Origin: an uncultured delta proteobacterium
Lineage (GTDB): Bacteria; Desulfobacterota; Desulfomonilia; Desulfomonilales; Desulfomonilaceae
Reading direction: 5' to 3'
NCBI GenBank assembly: GCA_963789265.1
Contig: CAWBKB010000003.1
Coordinates: forward strand, 1 to 64,000
Length of the DNA stretch: 64,000 nt
The position numbers and the translations under genes are program-made. Below, piece by piece: positions 63,617 through 64,000 of this stretch (position 1 is its first letter; each line of letters opens with the position of its first letter). The notes under the pieces were generated by a model. The model saw nothing but the letters and a program-made list of their open reading frames with translations, was not told the origin of the DNA and ran no database searches.

Positions 63617-63868
63617 GTGTCAGTCGAACAGTTAGTCGATAATTTAATTGAAGCTGGCTGGAATGTAATTGACAGCGATTTTGATACGCGGGCATTCGCT
63701 AACTGGCGAAGGCAAGCGCTGGATTGCATCGGTGCCCTCATGGGACCGGCCCATACATACACGCAGTATTTCAGAGATTTCGTGGATGAGGCGGAAAAGG
63801 GCAGCCTCCTTGCTGGTGCGGGCATTCTTGTTGCCACGAAAGAACAGGTGGCAAAGTCAGGGATTTAA
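63617..63868 (+). CDS. Hypothetical protein, 83 aa
   Basis: AAGGAG RBS, GTG start, helical protein-like sequence. Confidence 0.7.
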   Translation: MSVEQLVDNLIEAGWNVIDSDFDTRAFANWRRQALDCIGALMGPAHTYTQYFRDFVDEAEKGSLLAGAGILVATKEQVAKSGI

Positions 63869-64000
63869 CCGCATTCATCTTCTCCCGCCGGGGTTTGATG
63901 GCCCCTAATCCGGATAAAGTTGCCTGGCCCCTGGTTTTGATTGGCCGGGGGCCCTCTTGCCGGATGTATCAATGCCCGTCCTAACATTCACGGCCTTGTC

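Overview
The window looks like two different DNAs joined at about nt 3530. Nt 1-3530 is very GC-rich and Planctomycete-like. It holds two minus-strand membrane-anchored genes separated by a 1-kb palindromic tandem array whose two halves face opposite directions. Nt 3530-64000 resembles an anaerobic deltaproteobacterium (Desulfobacterota-like, inferred from gene content). It contains: (i) a 5'-truncated STAND/NACHT-type ATPase with a coupled partner gene, a TPR protein and HU/IHF genes; (ii) an integrative element next to tRNA-Asp/tRNA-Val, with a tyrosine integrase, Xis, a serine recombinase, a DUF6908-like gene and a candidate structured RNA; (iii) housekeeping genes (sigma54 regulator, truB, deacetylase, coaX, fhs, purQ); (iv) a ~19-kb complex I (nuo) operon with a four-gene HydABC/Hnd-type head, bifurcation-type NuoF motifs, a Glu->Ser change at the NAD/NADP-discriminating position, and interleaved DRTGG, PHP and kinase-like genes; (v) an orphan DNA methyltransferase, a decayed toxin-immunity pair, a type II-like restriction-modification pair, a SEC-C protein and a prpD-comA-like pair. 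A ~208-bp MITE occurs three times. Many essential genes carry single frameshifts, most likely sequencing indels. All family assignments come from motif recognition by eye; no database search was run.
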